DNA from: an uncultured Chloroflexia bacterium
GTDB lineage: Bacteria; Chloroflexota; Anaerolineae; B4-G1; SLSP01
Direction: 5' to 3'
Assembly (NCBI GenBank): GCA_963751345.1
Contig: CAVVUS010000010.1
Location: 32,001-96,000 of the forward strand
Length of the DNA: 64,000 nt
The notes beneath the pieces were generated by a model. That model made no database searches, had not been told where the DNA came from, and worked only from the letters and a program-made list of their open reading frames with translations. The translations under genes were made by a program, and so were the position numbers. Every line of letters begins with the position of its first letter. Position 1 is the first letter of the stretch. Shown here piece after piece: positions 1 to 11,471 of the stretch.

Positions 1-248
1 TTCAGGAAAAGCCGCAGGTGGATGCCTTGATCAACGGCGGGTTCATGCTCTTTGAGCAGGGGGCGCTGCCCTATTTCGCGGGAGGCGATGATCTCGTGCT
101 GGAGCACGAGCCGCTGCAGGATTTGGCAGATGCCGAGCAATTGGGTGTCTATCACCATCAGGGGTTTTGGCGCGCAATGGACACGTTTAAGGAAGCTCAG
201 GAACTGAACACACTATGGGAGCAAGCAGCCCCTTGGAAGATCTGGTGA
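1..248 (+). CDS. rfbF: Glucose-1-phosphate cytidylyltransferase, C-terminal part (5' end outside window)
   Basis: INGGF...LEHEPL...H.GFWRAMDT.KE...LN.LW...APWKIW is the typical RfbF C-terminus; overlaps next gene via TGATG. Confidence 0.85.
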   Translation, partial: QEKPQVDALINGGFMLFEQGALPYFAGGDDLVLEHEPLQDLADAEQLGVYHHQGFWRAMDTFKEAQELNTLWEQAAPWKIW

Positions 249-1267
249 TGGTGGATAGCGACCCGTCAACACCCGAGTTGGCGTTCTGGCACGAGCGGCC
301 CGTCCTGGTCACGGGCTGTACCGGCCTGCTGGGTTCGTGGCTGGTGGAGACGCTCCTTTCCGCTGACGCTATCGTCGTGGGTCTGATCCGCGATGAGGTG
401 CCGCAGTCGCAGTTGGCCAGATCCGGCGCACTCGGACGTATTCGTGTCGTCCACGGTGACGTCACCGACTATGCCACGGTCGAACGCGCGCTCAACGAAT
501 ACGAGATCGAGGCGGTCTTCCACCTGGCCGCCCAGACGATTGTGGGTATTGCCAACCGAAGCCCGCTCTCTTCCTTTGAGTCGAATATCAGGGGTACCTG
601 GGTCGCCCTGGAAGCGGCCCGCCGCAGCCCGACGGTCCATCGCATCGTTGTCGCGTCAAGTGACAAGGCCTACGGAACCCAGGCAAGGCTACCGTACACG
701 GAGGATATGCCCCTTCAGGGACAGCATCCCTACGACGTCTCCAAGAGTGCCGCAGACCTGATTGCTCAGAGCTACGCCGTGACCTACGGGCTGCCTGTGG
801 CGATTACCCGGTGTGCCAATCTCTTTGGTGGGGGAGATCTCAACTGGAACCGGCTCATCCCCGGGACCATACGAAGTGCGCTACAGGGGCAGCCGCCATT
901 GATTCGTTCCGACGGCACCTTTATGCGGGACTACCTCTACGTTCGCGATGCAGTTCGGGCTTACTTGATGTTGGCAGAAGCACTGGATCGGCCCGAGATT
1001 CGCGGCGAAGCGTTCAACTGCGGCACGGATAGCCCGATGAGTGTACTGGATATGACCCGTTTGATCCTGAAGCTCTCGCCACACCCGGAGCTTGAGCCTA
1101 TCGTGCTCGATGAGGTGCAGAACGAGATCAAGGACCAATACCTCGACAACACCAAGATCCGTCGCGCGATTGGGTGGGCGCCGGCTCACTCGCGGGAGGA
1201 CGCGCTTCGTGAGACGCTTACGTGGTACGAAGGATACCTAAAAACGTTGGAACGTCAGAACGTTTGA
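248..1267 (+). CDS. rfbG: CDP-glucose 4,6-dehydratase (extended SDR)
   Basis: FW..RPVLVTGCTGLLG, FHLAAQ, SSDKAY, YDVSK motifs; lies between rfbF and rfbH; ATG at 248. Confidence 0.8.
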   Translation: MVDSDPSTPELAFWHERPVLVTGCTGLLGSWLVETLLSADAIVVGLIRDEVPQSQLARSGALGRIRVVHGDVTDYATVERALNEYEIEAVFHLAAQTIVGIANRSPLSSFESNIRGTWVALEAARRSPTVHRIVVASSDKAYGTQARLPYTEDMPLQGQHPYDVSKSAADLIAQSYAVTYGLPVAITRCANLFGGGDLNWNRLIPGTIRSALQGQPPLIRSDGTFMRDYLYVRDAVRAYLMLAEALDRPEIRGEAFNCGTDSPMSVLDMTRLILKLSPHPELEPIVLDEVQNEIKDQYLDNTKIRRAIGWAPAHSREDALRETLTWYEGYLKTLERQNV

Positions 1268-1282
1268 ACGTTCAACCGTTGG
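1243..1282. repeat. 8-bp-period tandem array, unit ~AACGTnnn (5 units)
   Basis: aacgttgg aacgtcag aacgtttg aacgttca accgttgg; contains rfbG stop TGA 1265-1267. Confidence 0.9.
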
Positions 1283-1293
1283 GGCTGACACTT

Positions 1294-2331
1294 ATGCATT
1301 TGGAACCTACACGAGTCTTTCTCACCGGCGCCACCGGTTTCATCGGTCGGCGCCTTGCTGCGGCGCTTCTTCAGGCCGGGTGTGAGGTCGCTGCCCTCGT
1401 CCTGCCCGGCGAGGAGGATCTCCTGCCCGCGGGGGTCCGCGGCATAGTCGGTGACGTGACGGATGCGGTCGCGGTCGAGCAAGCGCTGTCGGCCACGAGA
1501 CCGGAGGTCATCTTTCACCTCGCAGCCATCGGCACCACGGATACGGGGCTGCCGATGCACGAGGCTTCCAGCGTCAATGTCGGTGGGCTGATCGCCCTCC
1601 TGGATGCCGTCCGCGCCCTTCCCAGCCCTCATCCGGAGGGAAAGGGAGAAGGAGTCCGGCGGCTGATCCTCATCGGCACATCGTATGAATACGGCGCCCG
1701 GCGCGCGGACGATGGCCTGGATCCCTTCAATCCTTACAGTGCCTCGAAGGTAGCTGCCTGGGCTTTTGCCCGTGCTGCCTACAATGCCTGGGGCCTCCCC
1801 GTGGTCTCCGTCCGCCCCTTTCAGGTCTATGGTCCCGATCAGCGGCGTGAGGCGTTGGTGCCGGCGGCAATCCTGGCGGCTCTCAACGGCGAGGACTTCC
1901 GCATGACGAAAGGTGAGCAGCAGCGAGACTTCGTCTTCGTCGATGACATCGTTGAGGGTCTGCTCGCGGCGATGGTCGCCCCCGGCATTGAAGGACGGGT
2001 GGTGGATCTGGGTACCGGCAAATTGACGCGGGTGCTGGACGTCGTCGAGCGAATCTGGGAACTGACGGAGGCACGTGGGCGCGTGCTTGCGGGGGCGCTC
2101 CCGTATCGCCCCGGTGAGGTCACCGCGATCCCCGCCGATGTCGGGCGGACGCGGTTGCTGACCGGATGGGAGGCGCGTGTCTCGCTTGACGAGGGACTGG
2201 CGCGCACGATTCGTGCGTTTGAGCCCTACGCCCCGCAGGCCGAACGTGCCAACGTGCCAACGTCGCCAACGTGCAGACGTTTCGGTCGAGAAGTCTCGCC
2301 TGCGCGACGAGATTCTCGCCAAGGTCGGTGA
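1294..2331 (+). CDS. NAD-dependent epimerase/reductase (possible CDP-dideoxyhexose 4-reductase); may be fused to rfbH
   Basis: FLTGATGFIG, FHLAA, YSASK, RDFVFVDD; context in CDP-sugar cluster. Confidence 0.75.
   Translation: MHLEPTRVFLTGATGFIGRRLAAALLQAGCEVAALVLPGEEDLLPAGVRGIVGDVTDAVAVEQALSATRPEVIFHLAAIGTTDTGLPMHEASSVNVGGLIALLDAVRALPSPHPEGKGEGVRRLILIGTSYEYGARRADDGLDPFNPYSASKVAAWAFARAAYNAWGLPVVSVRPFQVYGPDQRREALVPAAILAALNGEDFRMTKGEQQRDFVFVDDIVEGLLAAMVAPGIEGRVVDLGTGKLTRVLDVVERIWELTEARGRVLAGALPYRPGEVTAIPADVGRTRLLTGWEARVSLDEGLARTIRAFEPYAPQAERANVPTSPTCRRFGREVSPARRDSRQGR
2243..2283. repeat. 8-bp-period ACGT array (5 units, one of 9 bp)
   Basis: aacgtgcc aacgtgcc aacgtcgcc aacgtgca gacgtttc. Confidence 0.9.
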
Positions 2332-3592
2332 GTACTACCAGGTCGCACATCGGGAGAAGCCCTTTGTCCCCGGCGAGACGTTCGTGAACTACGGCGGGCG
2401 GGTCTACGATGCCCGCGAGCTGCAGAGTGCCGTGGATGCGATTCTCGACTTCTGGCTGACGGATGGGCCGCGGGTGGAGACGTTTTCCGAGGCGCTGGGC
2501 GCCTACCTGGGTGTCAAACATATCCTGACGGTCAATTCCGGCTCGTCGGCCAACCTGGTGGCGATGACGACCCTGCGCTCGCAGCAGCTTGGCCATCCGC
2601 TCCAGGAGGGCGATGAGGTCATCACGCCGGCTGCGACGTTCCCCACAACGGTGGCCCCGATCGTGCAAAATGGGCTGGTCCCGGTCTTCGTCGACTGCAA
2701 GGTGGGTACCTACAACATCGACGTCGATCTGCTCGACGCGGCGCTCTCCGAGAGGACGCGGGCGATTTTCGTCCCGCATATCCTCGGCAATCCGGTGGAG
2801 ATGGACGTCGTCATGGCCTTTGCCAAAGCCCACGATCTCTACGTCATCGAGGATACCTGTGATGCCCTCGGAAGTATCTACGACGGCACGCCGTGCGGTG
2901 CCTTTGGCGATCTGGCCACGTTTAGCTTCTACCCGGCGCATCACATCACCACCGGAGAGGGCGGGGCCGTCGGCACCAACGATGCCCGGTTGCACCACAT
3001 CGCGCACGCCATGCGCGACTGGGGTCGCGATTGCTGGTGTGACCACCGGAGCAGCCGCGATGGCGAATGCGGACGCCGCTTCGACTGGGAGATTCCCGGC
3101 CTCGGCGAGCCCTACGATCATCGCTACTATTTCACGGAGATCGGTTACAACCTGAAAATGACCGATATCCAGGCCGCGATCGGCATTCCGCAGATCGACA
3201 AACTGGATGACTTTGTTGCCGCGCGTAAGCGGAATTTCCGCGTCCTCTATGATGCGCTCTCCCGCTATGAGGACCGGCTGATCTTGCCGGCATGGAGCCC
3301 GAAGGCCGACCCGGCCTGGTTCGCCTTCACGCTTGCCGTTCGGGAGTCTGCCCCCTTCTCGCGGCGCGAGCTGAACGAGTATCTTCGCGAGCGCAAGGTT
3401 GAGACGCGCTACCTATTTGCCGGGAACATCCTGCACCAGCCGGGATATCGCAACATTCGACATCGCGTCGCTACCCCCCTGACCGAGACCGACCGCGTGC
3501 TCAAGTCCGCCTTCTTCATCGGGGTCTATCCCGGGATGGACGACGCCCGCTTGGGCTATATGCTGCAGGTCTTTGAGGACTTCCTGGGATGA
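2246..3592 (+). CDS. rfbH: CDP-4-keto-6-deoxyglucose 3-dehydrase E1 (RfbH/DdhC), start uncertain
   Basis: LDFWLT.G, VNSGSSANL, SFYPAHHITTGEGG (His in place of the PLP Lys), WGRDCWC..C Fe-S motif, YDHRY. Confidence 0.9.
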   Translation: MPTCQRRQRADVSVEKSRLRDEILAKVGEYYQVAHREKPFVPGETFVNYGGRVYDARELQSAVDAILDFWLTDGPRVETFSEALGAYLGVKHILTVNSGSSANLVAMTTLRSQQLGHPLQEGDEVITPAATFPTTVAPIVQNGLVPVFVDCKVGTYNIDVDLLDAALSERTRAIFVPHILGNPVEMDVVMAFAKAHDLYVIEDTCDALGSIYDGTPCGAFGDLATFSFYPAHHITTGEGGAVGTNDARLHHIAHAMRDWGRDCWCDHRSSRDGECGRRFDWEIPGLGEPYDHRYYFTEIGYNLKMTDIQAAIGIPQIDKLDDFVAARKRNFRVLYDALSRYEDRLILPAWSPKADPAWFAFTLAVRESAPFSRRELNEYLRERKVETRYLFAGNILHQPGYRNIRHRVATPLTETDRVLKSAFFIGVYPGMDDARLGYMLQVFEDFLG

Positions 3593-4329
3593 AGCTTTCG
3601 CTCATCATCTGCGCCTACAACGAGAGAGAGACGATTCTGCCTGTGCTCGACCGCGTCCATCGCGCCCCCCTGTTCCCGGGATGGGAGCGCGAGGTCGTCG
3701 TCGTGGACAACGCCTCGACGGATGGGACGCAAGACCTGCTGCAGAGCATCGACTACGCCGACACGCGCGTGATCTATCAGCCCCGGAATATGGGGAAGGG
3801 AACGTCGATCCGCACCGCGATTCCTGAATGCACCGGCGACTATGTCTTTATCCAGGACGCGGATTTCGAATACGATCCCGGCGACTATCCGCTCTTCCTC
3901 GAACGAGCGACGCGGGATTGTCCGGCGGCCATTTTCGGGTCGCGGACGCTGGGGGGACGTGCTATCTACAAGTACGTCGCCAACTATTGGGGCGTGCGAT
4001 TCCTTACGGGCTTGACCAATCTGCTTTACGGCGGACACCTGACCGATGTCGCTACGGCATCAAAGATGGTGCGTACGGATATCCTGAACCAGCTCTATCT
4101 CACGGGAAGCGGGTTCGACCTTGACTTCGAACTGCCGGACAAACTGCTGCGCGCCGGCTATGAAATCGTCGAGGTCCCCATCCGCTACACGCCGCGCACC
4201 GTCGAGCAGGGCAAGAAGATCCGACCTTGGGATGGCCTGTGGGCGTTGCGGGTCATCCTGCGTGATCGTTTCATCCCGATGAATAGGGTTGTCCAGTTCC
4301 GTTCAAACGTTCAGACGTTTCCACGTTGA
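3589..4329 (+). CDS. Glycosyltransferase family 2 (DPM1-like)
   Basis: LSLIICAYNE, VVDNASTDGT, N.GKG, IQDADFEYDP, GSR. Confidence 0.85.
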   Translation: MKLSLIICAYNERETILPVLDRVHRAPLFPGWEREVVVVDNASTDGTQDLLQSIDYADTRVIYQPRNMGKGTSIRTAIPECTGDYVFIQDADFEYDPGDYPLFLERATRDCPAAIFGSRTLGGRAIYKYVANYWGVRFLTGLTNLLYGGHLTDVATASKMVRTDILNQLYLTGSGFDLDFELPDKLLRAGYEIVEVPIRYTPRTVEQGKKIRPWDGLWALRVILRDRFIPMNRVVQFRSNVQTFPR

Positions 4330-4337
4330 CGCGTCTT
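4298..4337. repeat. 8-bp-period ACGT array
   Basis: tccgttca aacgttca gacgtttc cacgttga cgcgtctt; contains GT2 stop TGA 4327-4329. Confidence 0.85.
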
Positions 4338-4360
4338 CGACGCACGCAAAGGAGCATCAC

Positions 4361-5323
4361 GTGAATATTGTCGTTACCGGCTCGATTGCCTTCGACTACC
4401 TGATGAACTTCCCGGGCAACTTCCTGGAGCACGTCAAGCCTGACCGGATTAACAAGCTCAGCCTGAGCTTCCTCGTCGACGAGATGGTAAAGCGGCGCGG
4501 CGGGTGTGCGCCCAATATCGCCTACAGCCTCGCCCTCCTGGGAGAGCATCCTGTGGTGATGGGCACGGCCGGCCAGGATTTCGGGGAGTACGGGGCCTGG
4601 TTGGCCGCCCACGGCGTGGATATCTCGGGCATCAAGATCGTGCCCGATGTGTTCACTGCCTCCTTCTTCGCGACGACGGATCAAGAGCTCAACCAGATTG
4701 CCAGCTTCTACACGGGTGCGATGGCGTATGCTCGCACGCTGTCGTTTCACGACCTCCCGGCACCGGTGGACCTGACCATTGTCTCGCCCAACGATCCGGA
4801 GGCGATGGACAAGTATCCCCGCGAGTGCCGTGACCTCGGCATTCCCTATATCTATGATCCCGGCCAGCAGGTGGTGCGGGCCACGCCGGAATCGCTCTGC
4901 AACGGGGTGGTCGGGGCCGACATCCTCGTGGTGAACGACTATGAGTATGAGTTGTTGAAGGACCGCACCGGGATGAGTGACGCCGACTTGCAGCAGGCCG
5001 TCAAGCGCGCCGTGATCGTTACGCTGGGAGCAGAGGGTGCCGTGATCCGGCTCGGTGGAGGATCCGAGATCCACGTGCCGGCGGCGCCACCCACGCAGAT
5101 CGTGGACCCCACGGGCGTAGGGGACGCCTTCCGGGCTGGGTTGATCAAGGGACTGGCTCTGGGGCTGCCGTGGAGCGCTTGTGGCCGAATCGGCAGCTTG
5201 GCCGCGACTTATGTTCTCGAGACAAAGGGGCCACAGACGCACGCATACACGCTGGGCGAGTTCGTGGCGCGGTATCGCGCCACCTTCGGTGAGGATGAGG
5301 CAACGGACGCGTTAGCACGTTAG
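4361..5323 (+). CDS. PfkB-family nucleoside kinase, probably adenosine kinase
   Basis: VTGSIAFDYLM.FPG.F...LSLSFLVD...RRGG.A.NIAY; DPTGVGDAFRAG; directly upstream of ahcY; RBS AAGGAG before GTG. Confidence 0.8.
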   Translation: MNIVVTGSIAFDYLMNFPGNFLEHVKPDRINKLSLSFLVDEMVKRRGGCAPNIAYSLALLGEHPVVMGTAGQDFGEYGAWLAAHGVDISGIKIVPDVFTASFFATTDQELNQIASFYTGAMAYARTLSFHDLPAPVDLTIVSPNDPEAMDKYPRECRDLGIPYIYDPGQQVVRATPESLCNGVVGADILVVNDYEYELLKDRTGMSDADLQQAVKRAVIVTLGAEGAVIRLGGGSEIHVPAAPPTQIVDPTGVGDAFRAGLIKGLALGLPWSACGRIGSLAATYVLETKGPQTHAYTLGEFVARYRATFGEDEATDALAR

Positions 5324-5364
5324 CACGTTGGAACGTGCTCAACGTTCAAACGTGTCAACGTTCT
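5308..5364. repeat. 8-bp-period ACGT array (7 units)
   Basis: cgcgttag cacgttag cacgttgg aacgtgctc aacgttca aacgtgtc aacgttct; contains kinase stop TAG 5321-5323. Confidence 0.9.
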
Positions 5365-5376
5365 ACATACGACTAA

Positions 5377-6651
<1,275 letters not shown>

Positions 6652-6657
6652 ACTACA

Positions 6658-6719
6658 GGCGTTTACACGTTGGCACGTTTGAACGTTTCAACGTGTTAAC
6701 GTTCAAACGTGCCAACGCC
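6658..6719. repeat. 8-bp-period ACGT array forming a perfect 20-bp inverted repeat
   Basis: cgttggcacgtttgaacgtt (6668-6687) / aacgttcaaacgtgccaacg (6698-6717), 10-nt loop. Confidence 0.9.
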
Positions 6720-6754
6720 ATCAACCTATCATCGCTGAAAGAGTCAACGCAGCC

Positions 6755-9702
6755 ATGAGTGAACGGGTCACGACGTGGGGCGACCTGCTCGAACGTCGCA
6801 TGGGGCAATGCTTCGTCGGGCGGCGCCGGGAGATCGAACCTTTTCGGCTCAACTTTCTCTACACCGTCCCTCCCACGCTTCTCTTCATCGCCCAAGGTCC
6901 ACCCGGCATCGGCAAAAGTGCCTTGCTGGCGCAGTACCGTGCTATTGCCAGGGAACATGGCTTTGTGACGGCATCTGTGGAACGGTGGGACATCCGTCTG
7001 CCCGGGGAGTTCGCCGCCGTGCACGCGATGTCTGTGTTGGCCAGGCAGTTGTCGACTGCAGGCGTGCCGCTGACCACATTCAGCGAGGTCTACCGCGAGT
7101 ACACGGGTGCGCTCCAGGCCATCGAGCGGGATACTTCGGCGCCCGGTCACGTATGGGATCTCTTTGGCGGAGTCGCCGACGCGGACCCCTGGGCCGCGCG
7201 CGCATGGGACGAGTACCTCGTGCGCACGTTCCCGCTGCGGCGGTCCCCTCTGATCAGGGATCCTGTCGGATCCTTGACCGAGCGCTTCGTCCTGGATCTG
7301 AATGCCTGGGCCACCGTGCGCCGGATTGTGCTCTGCTTTGATGATTGGCAGATATCCGCCGAGCAAGGTTGGGTGGAGGCGGCACGACTCGACCAGGAGC
7401 CGGCCGAGGCTGCGGGCGCCCACCGCGCTGGTTTCTACCTCGAGGACTGGCTTTATGCACTGCTGGCCCACGGCGGGCTCAGCACCAACATCTGGTTTCT
7501 GTTGGCGGATCGCCACCCCCTTCCGGATGTCTGGGAGTCCCTCTCCTCTGTCACGACCACCTTCGATCTCCAGCCGCTCTCGCACCGCGAGAGCATCGCC
7601 TTGCTCCGCGATGCCGGCGCCACGAACGACGCCGTCGCCTCACGAGAGGCGGACCAGGCAGAGGGCAACCCTCTGTGGCTCACGCTGCTGGCGAGCGGCT
7701 CCGACCACGTCGCGGCCGACGCAGGTGTGACACCCCTCGAGAGTTATATCGCCTCCCTGGAGCCGGTCCTGCGCGCGGCTGTTCTGAAGTGCGCAGCGGC
7801 TCGGTGGCTGGACGAGGGCGTGATCGCCGTTCTGTTGGGAGATGAGGCTGTGGCCCGCGTGATGGCATGGCTCAAACGCACGCCGCTGGTGGCGAAGTGT
7901 GGGGAGGGCTGGCGGTTCCAGCAGGCGATCCGCGCCCCACTCGAGGAGCTTGCCAGGCTTGCGGGTAGTTCTACGTGGGAGGCAGCGCACCAGACGCTGT
8001 CGGCCTATTACCGCCAGCGGTCCGAATTATCCGGCGTGGAGCCTCAGTACCTCGAGCCCGAGTGGCAGCGAGATCACCTGGAGGCCCTCTACCACAATTT
8101 CATCATCGGCGACGAGGCCACGGCCCTCAATGCAGGGATGCTCAGCTTTCTGAATGGCGTACGCCAGTTCTATCCCTGGGCCGGTGCCGTCGCCGAAGTG
8201 TGGACAGAAGCCTCTAACGTGATCTGCGCCGGGCAGGCGTGCGATCCTCCGGGTGCCGTACAGGTCTGGGAACAGCGTGTCAGCGGCGGCTGGCAGGCGC
8301 TTGCAACCCGCGATTGGGCGGCGATTTACACTTTTGCAGACGAGGGTCTTGAGGCCGACACGTGGGACCCCGAGGTTCGCCAGTCCCTGCGCGCGCTGAG
8401 TCAGCTCGCCGCGGGGCGCCTGGCGTTACCTGTCGAGGAGGAGGAAGCGCCTGAGCTTTCCCTCCCCGTCCCTCCCCGCGGCTTCGTGCAGGACAAGCCC
8501 TCCGAAAGGGAGGAGGCCCAGACGCCGTCCGCGGCGCATCCGCCGTCCGAGGCGCGACGCCGTCCGAGGCGCGTACGCCGTCCGAGGCGCGTACGCCGTC
8601 CGCGGCGCCTGAACCTTCCGTCGCCTGTGAGTTGCCGGTCAGCGAGGCCACATCACAATCGGATGGCGTTCCTATAGAGGAGCTTGCTTCGGATCAGGCC
8701 GAGGCGGATCGTGCCCTTGCGACCGTTGAGGAAATGTCCGTCGAGCACTGCGGATATGCCAATGCGCGCCTGGATGAGGGCGCCTATGACGCGGCGATCG
8801 AGGCCTACGATCAGGCACTGGCGCTGAACCCCGACTACATTGCTGCCTTTTACAATCGGGGGGTGGCATATGCCCGCATAGGGGTCCTGGACGGAGCTAT
8901 AGCGGATTTCACGCACGTGATAGAGCTGGACCCGGACCAGATCCAGGCATACCGCCAGCGAGGCCTGATATTTGCCCGAAAGGGTGAGTTCGATCGGGCG
9001 ATCTCCGACTACGACACCGTGCTCCGCAGCTCTCCGCCTCTCAGGTCTCCCCGAGTAGCGGGACTCTCTTCAACCGAAGAAGAAGCAGGAGAGGCAACGC
9101 TCGCCGCATCGGTCTACTATGACCGTGCCAACGCCTACTTCCGGCTGCGCTCCTACGTGCGGGCAATTGAGGACTACACCGAAGCCCTGGAGCGGGCGCC
9201 GGGTCATGTTGAAGCCTATCTCAATCGCGGTCTGGCTTACGCTGCGCAGGGCAACTATCCGGAGGCGCTGCGCGACTACAACCAGGCGATTGCGCTGGAC
9301 CCCAACCGGGGAATCGCCTACAGTCACCGTGGGCAGGCGTATGCGCGGCTCGATCGACACACAGAGGCGCTGGCGGACTATGAGCATGCCCTGGCCCTCA
9401 ACCCGCGTGACGCTGCGGTGCTCAACAACCGTGGCCTGCTCTACGTTCGGATTGCGGCGTATCCCGAGGCCATCGAGGCCTATCAGCGGGCGATGGCTAT
9501 TGAGCCGGATTGGGCCACGCCCTACTACAACGCAGCCTGTGCTGCGGCGCTCATGGAGGATCCTGAGCATGCCACAATTTGGCTGGCGAGGGCGATTGGG
9601 CTGCGTGAGGGCTATCGAGCGATGGCGCTGAAGGATCCGGACTTCAACCCTATCCGCGAGGAGACACGCTTCAGGGCGCTTGTTGGCCTGGGAGATGCTT
9701 AG
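6755..9702 (+). CDS. P-loop (AAA_16/STAND-like) ATPase fused to TPR repeats; one frameshift at ~8556
   Basis: FVGR..E, GPPGIGKS, IVLCFDD; multiple TPRs in 8632-9702; restoring 1 nt in a 17-nt repeat unit joins the two ORFs. Confidence 0.75.
8522..8610 (+). repeat. 18-bp tandem repeat x5 (ACGCCGTCCGAGGCGCGT, encodes TPSEAR)
   Basis: units at 8522, 8540 (17 nt), 8557, 8575, 8593. Confidence 0.9.
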
Positions 9703-11246
9703 CCGTCTTCGTTCGCACCTGCTGCCAACTGCTCCTCGATGGATGCCGCGAGGTCCCTTAGGCGGACAGGTTTGCTGATGTAGGCGTTTGCCCCTGCTTC
9801 CAGACACCGCTCCTGATCGCCGGGCATCGCCAGGGCTGTCAGGGCTATGATCGGGATGTCGGCGGTCTCTTTGTTGCCCCGGATGCGTCGGGTGGCCTCG
9901 AGGCCGTCCATCACCGGCATCTGGATGTCCATCAGGATGATGTCGGGGTGATCCTCGATGGCGTGACGGATGGCCTCCGCACCGTCTCTGGCTCGAAGGA
10001 CGTGATATCCTCGGGAGACCAGAAACTTCTCTATCGGGCGCAGTGCCGCTTCGTGATCCTCCACGAGCAAGACGTGCGCCTGGGCGAATGCAGTTGTTGC
10101 GGACTCTGCGGCTTGTTCTTCCAGTGGCGCCTGCTGTCCGCCGGTCGCGGGAACCTCCCAGGGCAGTGACACCGTGAATCTACTTCCCTTGCCCATCTCG
10201 CTCTCCACCGCTATGGTTCCGTTGTGGAGCTCCGTCAAGCGCTGCACCAGGGCCAAGCCCAAGCCCGTGCCCTCGTACCGCCGCGTCAGTGAGCTGTCCA
10301 GTTGCACGAAAGGCTGAAAGAGACGCTCCATATCATCGGGCGCGATGCCGATGCCGTTGTCCCAGACGACAAAGTGCACGGACCGTGTCTCGGCGTCCCC
10401 GACCACACGGAGGCCGAGCGCGCCCTCGGTGGGCGTGAATTTGACGGCGTTGCTCAGCAGGTTGACGAGGATCTGCTTCAGGCGACGCTCGTCGGCCTGG
10501 ATCGTCGTGACCGCCGGATCGAGCGCCAGATCGACGGATAGCCGTTTCCTCTTGGCCTGTGGCTCGATCAGCTGAATGCTCGATCGACAGACGCCTTCGA
10601 CCGTCGCCGGCGAGATCTCGAGCGCCAGCATACCGGCCTCGACTTTCGAGACATCCAGGATATCCGTGATCAGCGAGAGCAGGTGTTCGCCGCTCTCTTG
10701 AATAGCCTGCATAGGTTTTTCCTGTCGCGGGTCGAGCGGCCCGTAGATCCCGCTCTGCAGGATCTCCGAAAACGTCAGGATGACGGTCAGCGGCGTCCGG
10801 AGTTCGTGGCTCATATTCGCCAGAAACTCATCTTTCATACGCCCTGCCCGTGCAAGCTCTGCGTTGACCTTCCGCAGCTCCTCCGCATGTACTCGGATTT
10901 CCTCGACGGACGCATCTTGGATCAGTTGGTGTACGTGGTGCTCCGATTCCTGGTAACGCCTGATGTAGAGTGCGGTCACGAGCCCGAACGCCAGACACAC
11001 GATCAGGAACGTTAGCCTGACCAGAAGTGCATGACGCGGAACGGTAAGCAGCAGAGCGTCGATCAGTGAACGATAGTGCTCGTCGGAGATGGGCACGACG
11101 CCGGCCCTCGCATCATAGAAGTGATGCACGGCGTCGGCCAGCCAGAAGAGAAGGCCCGCAGCGACGGATATCTCCAAAGGGATAAGAGCGTGACCAGGTC
11201 GGTCCGGATGTGCAACCGAATCGGGCTTGGCAGCAGGCGACTTCAT
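9699..11246 (-). CDS. Hybrid sensor histidine kinase/response regulator
   Basis: N-terminal TM segments, FLANMSHELRTPL, NLLSNAVKFT, GTGLGL, C-terminal REC (LMDIQMP). Confidence 0.92.
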   Translation of the reverse strand: MKSPAAKPDSVAHPDRPGHALIPLEISVAAGLLFWLADAVHHFYDARAGVVPISDEHYRSLIDALLLTVPRHALLVRLTFLIVCLAFGLVTALYIRRYQESEHHVHQLIQDASVEEIRVHAEELRKVNAELARAGRMKDEFLANMSHELRTPLTVILTFSEILQSGIYGPLDPRQEKPMQAIQESGEHLLSLITDILDVSKVEAGMLALEISPATVEGVCRSSIQLIEPQAKRKRLSVDLALDPAVTTIQADERRLKQILVNLLSNAVKFTPTEGALGLRVVGDAETRSVHFVVWDNGIGIAPDDMERLFQPFVQLDSSLTRRYEGTGLGLALVQRLTELHNGTIAVESEMGKGSRFTVSLPWEVPATGGQQAPLEEQAAESATTAFAQAHVLLVEDHEAALRPIEKFLVSRGYHVLRARDGAEAIRHAIEDHPDIILMDIQMPVMDGLEATRRIRGNKETADIPIIALTALAMPGDQERCLEAGANAYISKPVRLRDLAASIEEQLAAGANEDG

Positions 11247-11471
11247 GATTGTAGATTCACTCCTCCGGTGGGAGGTCGATCGGGATGGTCACCGCCTCTC
11301 CTCCGTCCAGGAGAGCGACACGCCGTTCCCCAGTATACAGGCCAACCCGTAGTTTGCACTGGTCGCAACCCTCACGCCCAATCATACTTGTGGCACTGGC
11401 TACAAAAAGCGGGGAATTACAATATAATCATAGGCAAAAATCAGCAGGCTAGTGAATGAGCGAGTCAGCGA

